Source: Alphaproteobacteria bacterium (lineage in GTDB: Bacteria > Pseudomonadota > Alphaproteobacteria > UBA6615). From it: a DNA stretch of 64,000 nucleotides. The position numbers and the translations under genes were made by a program. The stretch covers positions 64,001 through 128,000 of the forward strand of contig CBDHEC010000008.1 of NCBI GenBank assembly GCA_965261975.1. Direction: 5' to 3'. Below, piece by piece: positions 1 through 9,857 of the stretch (its first letter is position 1; every line of letters starts with the position of its first letter). Below the pieces are notes generated by a model. The model saw only the letters and a list, made by a program, of their open reading frames with translations. It did no database searches and was not told the DNA's origin.

Positions 1-62
1 GCGCCTTCGCCCCGCTCGAACGAGACGGTCGGATAACCGTAATTCGGCATCACCGCATTCAT
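1..62 (-). CDS. argD: 5' fragment of a probable acetylornithine aminotransferase (runs off the window edge)
   Basis: Not in the ORF track. The minus strand reads MNAVMPNYGYPTVSFERGEG after GGAG. MPxY...FERGEG is the typical class-III aminotransferase/ArgD N-terminus. Confidence 0.55.
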   Translation of the reverse strand, partial: MNAVMPNYGYPTVSFERGEG

Positions 63-167
63 GATCTCAATCTCCAAACTCGCCGATACGCGCGGCGCCC
101 AAATGCGCCCGCGAAAAAGGCGGTGACTATCGAAAAAGGCGCTGCGGAAGTCAACGGCGCAGGAGCC

Positions 168-989
168 CTAGGTCTTCATCCTGTAACCCGCTGCAAACAG
201 CCGATACACGATGATCCAGAGAACCAAGATCACGGCAATGCACACGCCCGCACCGACCCAGGGATTCGCATCCGCGCGGCCGGTGATCGCGAATCGGATC
301 CCGTCGACGATGTAGAAGACCGGGTTGGCCCGGGCAAATGGCTGTGCCGCGGCCGACAGCTCATCGATCGAAAAGAACACGCCCGACAGGAAAACAAAGG
401 GCATGAAAATGAAGGTCTGCACGGATTCCAGATAGTCCCATTTACGTGCCCAAAGGCCGGTGATCTGGCTGAACAGCCCGATCATCAGGGCACCAATCGC
501 GATAAAGAACACCAGGGTCAGGAGCGACACAGGTACCGCACCGCCCACCAGCAGCAACGCGGCCCAGACGACAGCGCCCACGATGAGGCTCGCCGAGACC
601 GACGCCGCCGCGTAGCCAAACACGATCTCGCCCGGCGTGAGCGGCAGCATGGCCAGATCCACGAATATCCCTTCATTCTTGTCGTAGACGATGGAGAAGG
701 CGCTGGACTGGAATGACCGTTCCAGCGCAGCCACCGCAACGAGACCCGGCAGGAGGAAATCGATGAAGGGCATGCCGCCCATCATGGCGCCCGGCCGGTC
801 GATCGCCAGCCCGAACACGCCGGCGAAAAGCAGTGCACGGACCGTCGGTGCCGCCAGGGTGATGCCCCAGATTTTGAACCCGCGCAGCATCTCGCGCATA
901 TACATCGTCGCCAGGCCACGATAATTGACGACGCCAAAACGGCGCGCGACCGGCCGGCCACCAAGGATTATGCCTTCGCGCGAGGACAT
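168..989 (-). CDS. ABC-2 type transporter permease (YadH-like)
   Basis: About 6 TM segments, FLLPGL motif, PFVFLSGVFFSI and NPVFYIVDGIR. Start moved to MSSREG. Confidence 0.85.
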   Translation of the reverse strand: MSSREGIILGGRPVARRFGVVNYRGLATMYMREMLRGFKIWGITLAAPTVRALLFAGVFGLAIDRPGAMMGGMPFIDFLLPGLVAVAALERSFQSSAFSIVYDKNEGIFVDLAMLPLTPGEIVFGYAAASVSASLIVGAVVWAALLLVGGAVPVSLLTLVFFIAIGALMIGLFSQITGLWARKWDYLESVQTFIFMPFVFLSGVFFSIDELSAAAQPFARANPVFYIVDGIRFAITGRADANPWVGAGVCIAVILVLWIIVYRLFAAGYRMKT

Positions 990-996
990 CGCGCGC

Positions 997-1836
997 TCAG
1001 GATTTGAGTTTGTAGCCGGTGACGAGCATGCGGTAGACAATCAGGAACAACACCAGGTCGGTGCCAAGCATCACGGCGGCGCCGAGCCAGAAGCCGGCGT
1101 CCCCCTGCCCGATGAATCCGTAACGGAAGCCGTCGATGGCATAAAAGAACGGGTTGAACTGAGCGAAGTATTGCCACGCTTCGGGCAGCCGCTCGATCGA
1201 GTAAAACGTGCCCGACAGGAACGAGAGCGGCACGATGACGAAGTTCGTGATCGCAGCCATATGGTCGAACTTGTCGGCCCAGATCCCGCCGATCATCCCG
1301 AGCAACGCCAGCATGACCGAGGCCGACAGCGCGAAAAAGGCGATCGCCGCAGGATACGCGAACGGCAGGTCGACCAGAAAAAACATCGCCGTGGTCGATG
1401 CAGCCGCAACGATCATGCCTCGGGTCACACCGCCGGCGATATACGAACACATCATCTCAAGCGGGCTGATCGGCGGCATCAGCACATCCACGATATTGCC
1501 CTGCACCTTCGAGACCATGATCGAGGATGACGTGTTGGCGAAGGAGTTCTGCAGAATCGTCATCATGATCAGGCCCGGAGCCAGAAACACGACAAATGGC
1601 ACCGACCCGACCGTACCGACGCGATTTTCGAGCGCCACGCTGAAGATGGTGTAGAACAATAACGTGGTGACAACGGGGGCTGCTATGGTTTGGGTGAACA
1701 CCTTCAGAAAGCGTTTGACCTCGCGGTGATACAGCGTCCACACACCCCGCCGGTTCACGTAGCCGAAACTGCGCACGCGCGGCGCCGTGCTCGTACCTGC
1801 CCGGCCCCTCGTCATTTCCGTCATACCCGTTTCCAT
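997..1836 (-). CDS. ABC-2 type transporter permease (YadH-like), paralog of the downstream gene
   Basis: REVKRFLKV, FLAPGLIMM, PLSFLSGTFYSI and NPFFYAIDGFRYG motifs. Confidence 0.9.
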   Translation of the reverse strand: METGMTEMTRGRAGTSTAPRVRSFGYVNRRGVWTLYHREVKRFLKVFTQTIAAPVVTTLLFYTIFSVALENRVGTVGSVPFVVFLAPGLIMMTILQNSFANTSSSIMVSKVQGNIVDVLMPPISPLEMMCSYIAGGVTRGMIVAAASTTAMFFLVDLPFAYPAAIAFFALSASVMLALLGMIGGIWADKFDHMAAITNFVIVPLSFLSGTFYSIERLPEAWQYFAQFNPFFYAIDGFRYGFIGQGDAGFWLGAAVMLGTDLVLFLIVYRMLVTGYKLKS

Positions 1837-1883
1837 GGGGCGGAACTTATGCGCGTGACCGGCACACGGCAAGCGGCGGGCCG

Positions 1884-2522
1884 ATGAGCGACGAACAGAC
1901 GAATGACGAGTTTCCGACGGAAGAGCGCGCCGTCAGCGGACGCGACGGCAAACCGCGCCGCAAGCCCAAGCCCGCGACCCAGGAACGCCTGCGCAAGGCC
2001 GCCCTGTCCTATATCGATCGCTACGCCACCTCGGCGGCCAACCTGCACGAAGTTCTGATGCGCCGGGTCCGCAGGTCGACGCGCCTGCACGGCACAGACA
2101 TGGAAGAAGCCACACGGTGGGCAGACGACATCGTCGCGGACTTCGTCCAACGAAAGCTGGTGAACGACAGATTATACGCCGAGAACCGGGCAGCGAGCCT
2201 GCATCGGTCCGGTGCCTCGAGGCGCAAGATCGAGATGTCCCTGAAGATGAAGGGCGTCGGCCAAAGCGATATCGCGGCCGCCATGCTGGCGTTGGAAGAA
2301 TCCGACCCGGACGCCGAGTTCACGGCCGCGTGCCGTCATGCCCAGCGCCGCCGCCTCGGCCCGTGGCGGCGCGACGACCGGGACGCACGGCGCGACCGCG
2401 ATCTCGCGGCGATGGCTCGCGCGGGTTTCGGATACCGATTGGCAAGCCACGTAATCGATGCGACTGACACCGAGGCCCTGGAAGACGAGGCGGTGCGACG
2501 CGCGGAAGAACGCCGGGGCTAG
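1884..2522 (+). CDS. recX: RecX family regulatory protein
   Basis: ALSYIDRYATS...L, VNDRLYA, GASRRKI..L..KGV and ARAGF motifs of alphaproteobacterial RecX. Confidence 0.85.
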   Translation: MSDEQTNDEFPTEERAVSGRDGKPRRKPKPATQERLRKAALSYIDRYATSAANLHEVLMRRVRRSTRLHGTDMEEATRWADDIVADFVQRKLVNDRLYAENRAASLHRSGASRRKIEMSLKMKGVGQSDIAAAMLALEESDPDAEFTAACRHAQRRRLGPWRRDDRDARRDRDLAAMARAGFGYRLASHVIDATDTEALEDEAVRRAEERRG

Positions 2523-3748
2523 CCCTCGCCGTCTCCCGACACGTTACCGACAGCGGCGGCGGCCTGAACGGCGGCGGATGCCGACGGCGTGTCGACGGGT
2601 TCATCGGGCGGGGTGTAGGTCTCCGGACCGCTGCCGGGCAACGCCTCGACATAGAGTGAGCGGCTCGGGAAAGCGAAACCGGAGCCCGCGCCCTCGACGA
2701 TGGCCTTGATCCGGTAGGCGAGCGCTTCCTTGATCACCAGCCATTCGCCCCAGTTTGTGGTCTTGGTGAAGCAGTAGACCATGATGTCGATGCTGCTGTC
2801 GTTGAAGCTGTCGATACGCACGAAGGTGGCGACATCCTTGGGGTCTGCGAAGGCCTCGTCGCCAATGATATAGGCCTCGATCCCCTCGCGAATTTCGCGC
2901 AGCTGGGCCGCCGAGGTGTCGTAGAGCACGCCGATCTTCCAGTAGATGCGCCGATGGGTCATCTCCGAGAAATTGATTACCGCGGTGTCGGCGAGCTTTG
3001 CATTGGGCACCTGGACGGCCGCCTTGTCGAACTGGCGTACCATCGTCGAGCGGAAGCCGATTGTCTCAACCGTGCCTTCGACGACACCGTCCACCTTGAT
3101 CCAGTCCCCGGGACGGAACCGCTTCTCGCCAAGGATCAGCACACCCGACAACAGGTTCTTGAACAGATCCTGCGCCGCCAGGGCGCCCGCCAGGCCAAAC
3201 AGGCCAAGCCCGGCGATGAGCGGCCCGATCTCGATGCCCCATAATTCGAGAATGGCCGCCGCGCCAATCAACCCGAGCACCAGCTTCATTGCCTTGATGA
3301 TCCACGCGACCATCGTGACCGACAGAACGTCGCGCAAGTTCGAGAATATCCGCGACATGGGTTCGACCAGCGCGATCACCCCCCAGAAGAGGGTGAGAAC
3401 GATCAGGGATTCGGTCACCCGCAACGCGATCCTGTCGAACGTGCCGGTCAACTGAAGCATCTCGGTCACGATGAAGAAGCCCAGAACGATCGGCGCAAAC
3501 CGAAGCGGCTTCTCGAGAGAATCGATCATCTGGTCGTCGACGGTGTTCCGCGTCTTGCGGGCCAGCCGCTTGAGCCATCCGATGAAAAAGCGCGCGAAAA
3601 TCCCGCGCAAGACCAGGAGCAGCGCGAAAACGAACATCGCGACCAGAATGCGCCCGAAACTCGTGCCGAAAGCCGTGTCACGGAGCACGTCCACGGTCAG
3701 CTTCCAGAAATCAACCAGCGAGGCCCAGAACTCGGTCGCGAATTCCAT
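2519..3748 (-). CDS. Small-conductance mechanosensitive channel (MscS family)
   Basis: AGLGLFGLAGALAAQD, F..GDWI, GTVETIGFRST and FAFPSRSLY motifs. Confidence 0.9.
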   Translation of the reverse strand: MEFATEFWASLVDFWKLTVDVLRDTAFGTSFGRILVAMFVFALLLVLRGIFARFFIGWLKRLARKTRNTVDDQMIDSLEKPLRFAPIVLGFFIVTEMLQLTGTFDRIALRVTESLIVLTLFWGVIALVEPMSRIFSNLRDVLSVTMVAWIIKAMKLVLGLIGAAAILELWGIEIGPLIAGLGLFGLAGALAAQDLFKNLLSGVLILGEKRFRPGDWIKVDGVVEGTVETIGFRSTMVRQFDKAAVQVPNAKLADTAVINFSEMTHRRIYWKIGVLYDTSAAQLREIREGIEAYIIGDEAFADPKDVATFVRIDSFNDSSIDIMVYCFTKTTNWGEWLVIKEALAYRIKAIVEGAGSGFAFPSRSLYVEALPGSGPETYTPPDEPVDTPSASAAVQAAAAVGNVSGDGEG

Positions 3749-3843
3749 TTTCAATAACCCGTACAACGTTCAACGATTGGCGACGCACACGCTACGGTTC
3801 AGCGAGAAAATGTCAATTCGCAGATCATGTGGGCAGGGTCGGA

Positions 3844-4521
3844 TCAGCGGTGAACGCGGATGATAATCCGGCGGTTCTTCGCCTGGCTCTCGGGCAGCGG
3901 GTTGCCCGTGGCATCACGGTTCGGGACCTTCGGCTGGGTCTCGGCAAACGCGACAGCGCGCATCCGATGGACGGGGATATCAACATCGCTGAACAACCGC
4001 ACGACATTGGTCGCGCGCGCTGCGGACAGTTCCCAGTTCGACGCGAAACGGTCATTGGAAATCGGGTTGTCGTCCGTATGACCTTCCACGGCAATCTTGA
4101 ACTTGCTGTAGACCGGTGAACGCAACGCGTCTGCCACGCTCTCGAGGATCGGGCGTGCCTCGGGCCGCAATATCGCCGCGCCCGGTTGATAGAACGCGTT
4201 CGCCGCCAGCTCGAGCACGATACCGCGCTCGAAAGTGTCGATGCGCACCGCATCGGCAACGCCGAGGGAATCGACCAGTGTATCCAGTTCAGCACGAAGT
4301 TGTGCTGCCGGCCGCGTGATCGAGCGCTGGCCGAGGTCGCGTGCAATGCCGGCCTTCACTTGCTCGAAGGTCAGCATATCGACCTTCGAGAAACTCACCA
4401 GCATGACGAAAAACGCCAGCAACAGCGTCATGGCGTCGGCGAAGGTCAGCAGCCATGCGTTGTCACCATCCGACTCGGTCTGACGCAGCGGGCGGTAGAA
4501 GGATTTGCGGGGGCCGAGCAT
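3844..4521 (-). CDS. motB: MotB/PomB-like stator protein (OmpA-type peptidoglycan-binding domain)
   Basis: WLLTFADAMTLLLAFFVML TM segment with the conserved Asp, plus EGHTDD, NWELSAARA and NRRI. Confidence 0.85.
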   Translation of the reverse strand: MLGPRKSFYRPLRQTESDGDNAWLLTFADAMTLLLAFFVMLVSFSKVDMLTFEQVKAGIARDLGQRSITRPAAQLRAELDTLVDSLGVADAVRIDTFERGIVLELAANAFYQPGAAILRPEARPILESVADALRSPVYSKFKIAVEGHTDDNPISNDRFASNWELSAARATNVVRLFSDVDIPVHRMRAVAFAETQPKVPNRDATGNPLPESQAKNRRIIIRVHR

Positions 4522-4529
4522 TTCCTGCC

Positions 4530-5396
4530 TCAGGCAGCCGCGCCGGCAGGTTTTGCCTTGCCCTTGGCGGGCGTGTCGGCGGGCTTGCCACCCGGCCGGC
4601 CTTTGAGTTGCCGGTCGATATCGTAACGGATGGTCGGGTCGAGATAGCTGTTCATATGATCCTGGATGACCCGCGGGCTCGCCTTGTCCGCCAGCATCGA
4701 AAGACCTTCGACGATCATATAGTTGCGGAAGCGGAAAATTTCCTCGCGCTGCTGGAGCTTCGCTGCGGCGGGTGCGAACACCAGGCGGGCAAGCATGATC
4801 CCGTAGAGCGTCGTGACCAGCGCAACGGCCAGTCCGGCACCGATCTGGCCTGGGTCATCGCCCATGCTGTCGAGCATGATAATCAGGCCGATCAGCGTGC
4901 CGACCATCCCGAACGCGGGCGCGGCTGTCGCCATGCTGCGCAACACCTGCGCGCCGACCATGTTTCGCTCATAGGTCGATTCGATCACGTTGCCGAGGAT
5001 CGACTGAACTTTCGCACCGTCATATTCCGAGGTGAGAAGTTCCACGCCGAAACGCAGGAAACCACCGTCCCAGCCGGGAGTCTTCTTGGCTTCGGCATCA
5101 AGGCTGACGATGCCTTCCTTCTGGACCAGGTAGGCCCAGCGAATGACCCGGCCAACCTCGGCATTCAGACGCGAGCGACCCCGGCGGTCGATCCTGAAAG
5201 CGCGCATAATGCCGCGCAGTCCAGCGAACACATAGGTGTACTCGTAGCTGATGAAGGTGGATGCAAGGGTCCCGCCGAGCACGAGGATCGCGCCCGCGCC
5301 ACTCAGGAACACGTAGTAGTTGTTCGTGCTCAGGGCGATCGCCGCAATGAAAAGGCCAAAGCCGACCAGAACGGCGACGAGTGTGTTCAGTGACAT
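4530..5396 (-). CDS. motA: MotA/PomA-like stator protein
   Basis: APAFGMVGTLIGLI and AVALVTTLYG motifs. Directly upstream of motB. Confidence 0.85.
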   Translation of the reverse strand: MSLNTLVAVLVGFGLFIAAIALSTNNYYVFLSGAGAILVLGGTLASTFISYEYTYVFAGLRGIMRAFRIDRRGRSRLNAEVGRVIRWAYLVQKEGIVSLDAEAKKTPGWDGGFLRFGVELLTSEYDGAKVQSILGNVIESTYERNMVGAQVLRSMATAAPAFGMVGTLIGLIIMLDSMGDDPGQIGAGLAVALVTTLYGIMLARLVFAPAAAKLQQREEIFRFRNYMIVEGLSMLADKASPRVIQDHMNSYLDPTIRYDIDRQLKGRPGGKPADTPAKGKAKPAGAAA

Positions 5397-5461
5397 GGAA
5401 ACCTTCCCGCATGGCCGGAAGATCACCTTCCGGCACTGGCGAACAGGTTATGCGCAGCGAA

Positions 5462-5476
5462 TTGAAAAACGGTTAA
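5462..5476 (-). promoter_or_regulatory. Putative CtrA-like box (TTAA-N7-TCAA) upstream of motA
   Basis: One mismatch to TTAA-N7-TTAA, about 65 bp upstream of the motA start. Confidence 0.4.
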
Positions 5477-5501
5477 TACCCGAAAAACGGGTAGATCCCC
5501 G

Positions 5502-6734
5502 CTAGTCGTTCTTGGGAACCGGGTGTCGGCGCAAAATCATGAAGGCGAGCCCGGCAGCGAGTGCCATATAGCCCGCGCACGCCGAGGTCACGATCTCGAT
5601 CGAGACACCGAGATCGAAGGTGTATCAGAACGTGGCCGGGGCGGCGGCAGCGGACAGCACCATCGCGGACACCGACATCGCGCGGATACCACCCAGGTTC
5701 CGGACCCCGTACATCTCGGCAAACATGGCCGACATGATGGGCTGCAACATCCCGATCCCGACCCCCAGCGCGCCCAGGAACACATAGGGCATCAACGGGT
5801 TATTCGATGCACCAAGGGCCACGAAACACGCAATAAAGGGCAACGCAGAGCCCGATACCAGGCGCACCGCACCGCGGCGATCGATCATCGGCCCGATCAC
5901 AAGCGACGTGACAACCTTCATGAAAGCCATCGAGATGAGACCCGTGGCGAGCAGCTCGATCGGCCAGCCGCGCACCTCGGCGATGAAGGCCTGGTGGAAC
6001 AAGACACCGGTGGACACGAAGGGATAGGCCAGCAACAACGCCATCGCCCCCAGGTAACGTGGGTCACGAAGCACCTCAAGGCGGGTCCAGTCACGACCGG
6101 CACCCGGCTGGCCCGCAGCCCGGGATTGCCGCGCAAGGTAATCCGCGTGCCGACGCTCGAAGCCTTTCAGAGCCATTGGCACCAACACCAGGAGCGCCGC
6201 CGCCGTGACCAGGCCCGTCGCCAGCCACACATTCCGCCAGCCGATCGCCGCGATCAGCGCCACCGTCGTGATGGGCAGGATCGTCTCACCGGCCGCCAGA
6301 CCAAGCCCCGAGAGGCTCAGCGCCTTGCCGCGATCCTGTGCGAAATACCGCGCCATGGCGGTGCCCATGATGTGAAACATCAGCCCCTGCCCGCACAACC
6401 GGGTGACGAAAAGCGCCAGCGCGAACAGCCAGAGCACATGCGCGAAAGACAGCGCAATCATCGAGCCGGTCAATGCAATCAGGGCGAACGCCGTATAACG
6501 GCGCAGATCGACCCGGTCGATCAGCCGTCCGAGCCAGATCAGAGATATGGCAGACGCGATGCTGACGGCGGAGAAAACGGCACCGAAACTGCCATGACCG
6601 AGCCCGAACTCGGCGCGGATCTCCGAGCCGTAAAGCGCCACGTAGAAAGTCTGGCCATAGCTCGACAACATAGTCAGGAGGAACCCGAAGCCGATGAATC
6701 TAAAATTGGCGCGCAGGAAGGTGAGATAGTTCAT
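5502..6734 (-). pseudogene. MFS transporter with an in-frame TGA near the C-terminus
   Basis: MFS motif GRLIDRVDLR. TGA at 5625-5627 (PATF*YTFDLG). The same frame continues for 40 hydrophobic codons (last TM helix) to TAG at 5502-5504. Confidence 0.75.
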
Positions 6735-6891
6735 TTACAAAAGACCGCCATCAATCATGCGCGCCATAGCACGTGCCCGCCGCCCGCGTCGCGCCTCGTT
6801 ACTCGCGCAACGGCCGGATGATGATATAACCCGCCGCAGCGAAATCCACCGGCATCCAGATGCCGGACACGAAACGGGGAGTATTTGTTCC

Positions 6892-7779
6892 ATGACGAAG
6901 CGCATCGGCCTTGTCGGCCTGGGTATTATGGGGTCCGCCATCTCGGGCAATTTTTTGAAATCCGGCTACGCGGTCACGGGGTTCGATCTCGATCCCGCGC
7001 GTTCCGACGAGCTCACGGAAAAAGGCGGCACGGTGGCCGCGTCTCCCGCCGAGGTTGCCCAGGCATCCGACATCGTGATCACGTCACTGCCCACCACGGG
7101 CGCCCTGGATGCGGTGTGCACCGGCGACAACGGAATCGCGTCCGCCGGCAACGCAGATGTCATCATCATGGAATGCTCGACCTTCCCGATCGAGGACAAG
7201 CAGCGCAACCATGACGCGCTCGCGGCCGCGGGCGTGACCATGATCGACGCGCCCCTGTCGGGCACCGGCGCCCAGGCGCGCGAGAAGGATCTCGCGGTCT
7301 ACCTGAGCGGTGATGAGGCCGCCGCCAATATCTGCGCCGAGGTGATCGAAGGCTTCGCGCGCGCGCATTACTATGTCGGCGAATTCGGCAACGGCAGCCG
7401 CATGAAATATGTCGCCAACCATCTGGTCGCGATTCATAACATCGCCGCCGCCGAGGCCATGGTCATGGGCATGAAGGGCGGGCTCGATCCGCAGGTCATC
7501 TACGATGTAATCAGTGACAGTGCGGGCACATCACGCATGTTCGAAGTGCGCGGCCCGATGATGGTCGCCGATGATTATTCCGATGCAACGATGAAGATTT
7601 CGGTCTGGCAGAAGGACATGTCGGTGATCGGCGCGTTTGCGAAATCGCTCGACTGCCCGACCCCGCTGTTCACCACCTGCTCCGACATCTACGTTGCAGG
7701 CATGGCCCAGGGCCGCGCCGAAGAGGACACGGCCGCCGTCTGCGCTATCCTGGGTGAGGCGGCACGCCTGAAAAGATAG
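6892..7779 (+). CDS. NAD(P)-dependent beta-hydroxyacid dehydrogenase (3-hydroxyisobutyrate/tartronate semialdehyde reductase family)
   Basis: IGLVGLGIMG Rossmann motif, DAPLSG, G.GSRMKYVAN and KD motifs. Confidence 0.9.
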   Translation: MTKRIGLVGLGIMGSAISGNFLKSGYAVTGFDLDPARSDELTEKGGTVAASPAEVAQASDIVITSLPTTGALDAVCTGDNGIASAGNADVIIMECSTFPIEDKQRNHDALAAAGVTMIDAPLSGTGAQAREKDLAVYLSGDEAAANICAEVIEGFARAHYYVGEFGNGSRMKYVANHLVAIHNIAAAEAMVMGMKGGLDPQVIYDVISDSAGTSRMFEVRGPMMVADDYSDATMKISVWQKDMSVIGAFAKSLDCPTPLFTTCSDIYVAGMAQGRAEEDTAAVCAILGEAARLKR

Positions 7780-7785
7780 TCACCC

Positions 7786-7822
7786 AAACACGGGACCGGG
7801 CGCATCACCCGGTCCCGTGTTT
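7786..7822. terminator. Bidirectional rho-independent terminator
   Basis: Perfect 15-bp inverted repeat aaacacgggaccggg/cccggtcccgtgttt between convergent genes. Confidence 0.8.
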
Positions 7823-7823
7823 G

Positions 7824-8324
7824 CTACATGGGCTCGATAACCCACTCGATGTGGAGGTCGACACCGGCGTCGCGGATCAGGTTGCTGACCGGGCAGCGTT
7901 GCTCGACATTTGCCTTGAGCTTCTCGACCCGCTCCGGGCTCTCATTGGTGCGGAAGACCTTCTTTACCGTGACCTTCTCGAAGTATGGGCGCACACCCGT
8001 AACACCCTTTGCACCGCGAACGTCGATTTCGGCGTCGCAAGTGTAGTTCACATCGCCATACTCGAATTTCATGATATGCGCGACCTGGTGGGTGATCGCC
8101 GCATCGCAGCCACACAGGCCGCCCATCACGGACTCGACCGGGGTCGGCCCCATGTTGGTGCCGCCGCGTTCCGTCGGCTCGTCGATGACGAAGCCCGGCG
8201 TGTCGCGCACGGACACCACGGTGCGCGCGCCGCCTGCTGGATTCTCGCAAACCACGTTGCGGTAGCCGATAACCTTCTTTTTGGGGTCAACGGACGGTTC
8301 GAGAAGTTCACTGTCGCTCATCAT
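7824..8324 (-). CDS. OsmC/Ohr family protein
   Basis: DEP..RGGTN.GPTP.E, LCGC and RCPV Cys motifs. Start uncertain. Confidence 0.85.
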   Translation of the reverse strand: MMSDSELLEPSVDPKKKVIGYRNVVCENPAGGARTVVSVRDTPGFVIDEPTERGGTNMGPTPVESVMGGLCGCDAAITHQVAHIMKFEYGDVNYTCDAEIDVRGAKGVTGVRPYFEKVTVKKVFRTNESPERVEKLKANVEQRCPVSNLIRDAGVDLHIEWVIEPM

Positions 8325-8423
8325 GCTCTCCATTCTGACGTTCGGGCCCACCCGCATCGCGTGCGGACATGGCATAGTATTGACTAAACGTGCTCATACC
8401 ACAGAAGGCGGCGGAACCGACCC

Positions 8424-9224
8424 ATGACCTACACCGAACTCATGCTCGACGTGCACGACAGCGTTGCAACGCTGACACTCAACCGGCCCAAGGCGCGTAA
8501 CGCACTGGGGGGTGCACTGCGCGACGAGTTCGCGGACGCGGTGGTGCAAATCTCGAAACGCGCGGGGAAGGATATCTCCGCCGTCGTCCTGACGGGGGCG
8601 GGCAAGGCCTTCTGTGCCGGCGGCGATTTGCGCGTGCTGCAGGAGATGTCCGCCAAAGGTCCCGATGCCATGCGCGCGCGCATGCACGAATCCCATACCA
8701 CGCTCGAAAGGTGGCTCGACTTGCCGATACCGACCATCGCGGCCGTCAATGGTGCGGCAGCCGGTGCGGGGTTTTCCCTCGCCATCGCCTGCGACTTCGT
8801 GTTTGCCGTGAACAATGCCCGTTTCATCATGTCCTTCGGCCGGATCGGCCTCGTGCCCGACTGGGGGGCCATGTATCTGTTGCCACGCCTCGTCGGCCTG
8901 CAACGCGCCAAGGACCTGGTACTGACCGCGCGCGAACTCAACGCCGGGGACGCGCAGGACCTTGGGCTGGTGCTCGAAACTTTCGATGGGGACCAGTTGC
9001 TGGACCACGCGCAGGCCTTCGCGGCGAAATTCGCCAACGCCTCGCCGGATGCCATCGGGATCGCCAAGCGGGTGATGGGATCGGCCCTGGAAACCGATCG
9101 CACCACCGCGCTGTCCGCCGAGGCCCACGCCCAGGCCGAAGCCAACGCCAGCGACTATCACCGCGACGCGGTAAAGCGCTTCCTGGCCAAGGAACCCGCC
9201 CTGTTCGACTGGGACCGGGAATAA
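8424..9224 (+). CDS. Enoyl-CoA hydratase/isomerase family protein (PaaG-like)
   Basis: LNRP..RNAL, AFCAGGDL, AAVNGAAAGAG and GLVPDWG motifs. Confidence 0.9.
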   Translation: MTYTELMLDVHDSVATLTLNRPKARNALGGALRDEFADAVVQISKRAGKDISAVVLTGAGKAFCAGGDLRVLQEMSAKGPDAMRARMHESHTTLERWLDLPIPTIAAVNGAAAGAGFSLAIACDFVFAVNNARFIMSFGRIGLVPDWGAMYLLPRLVGLQRAKDLVLTARELNAGDAQDLGLVLETFDGDQLLDHAQAFAAKFANASPDAIGIAKRVMGSALETDRTTALSAEAHAQAEANASDYHRDAVKRFLAKEPALFDWDRE

Positions 9225-9233
9225 GAAAGTTCG

Positions 9234-9857
9234 TCAGGTGCCCGCACCAAGACGGCGGGCCACGATGTGAAACACATGCCAGTGTTTCGACTCGCCACGC
9301 GGGGTGGTCGAGTCATCCTCTTCCTCGACAAAATGTTCGACGTCGAAACCCGCGAGCAGGCCCTCGATGTCGGCGCGACTATGGAAGGTCATCCCTTCGC
9401 GGCCCATCCAGCTGTCCCGCTCCCCGTAAAGCTGCCCGGCAAACCGACCGCCGGGACGGAGCGATGATTCAATCCGTCGCCATACCGAGTTGAAATCCGG
9501 TGGCGCACAAAGCGGCAGGGCGAAACTGCTGTTCACAAGGTCGCATGTGGGCCATGCCGCGTCCTCGAAACGGGACACGAGGCCGGCCAGATCGGTGCCT
9601 GGCGGCAGGTCGGGACGCGCTTTCAGGGCGTCGATGGCGTCCGGCTCGGCATCAATGGCCAGCACCCGCCAACCGCGGCGCAGCATCTCGATGGCATCCC
9701 GGCCCGCGCCCGAGCCGAGATCAACGGCAAATCGCGCGCCATCTGCGGGGTCTTCTTCGAACCGGTCGAGGGCGAAAATCAGTGTATTGCGCGGCGGGCG
9801 GCCAATGGTTTTCGCATAATAGGCCGCCCAGTCGCGGTCTTTGGGTGACGTGCTCAC
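9234..9857 (-). CDS. Class I SAM-dependent methyltransferase (TehB/TPMT-like)
   Basis: VDLGSGAGRD and LRPGGRFAG motifs. The start overlaps the stop of the Fe-S subunit gene. Confidence 0.8.
   Translation of the reverse strand: MSTSPKDRDWAAYYAKTIGRPPRNTLIFALDRFEEDPADGARFAVDLGSGAGRDAIEMLRRGWRVLAIDAEPDAIDALKARPDLPPGTDLAGLVSRFEDAAWPTCDLVNSSFALPLCAPPDFNSVWRRIESSLRPGGRFAGQLYGERDSWMGREGMTFHSRADIEGLLAGFDVEHFVEEEDDSTTPRGESKHWHVFHIVARRLGAGT

Noticed and set aside
3844-5396. Zorya (ZorAB) anti-phage system
   Set aside because: MotA is normal length with no long cytoplasmic tail, and there are no zorC/D/E-like neighbours.
6849-6866. Palindrome ccggcatccagatgccgg as a REP element or riboswitch
   Set aside because: Single short copy with no other instances noticed. 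At most an operator or hairpin.
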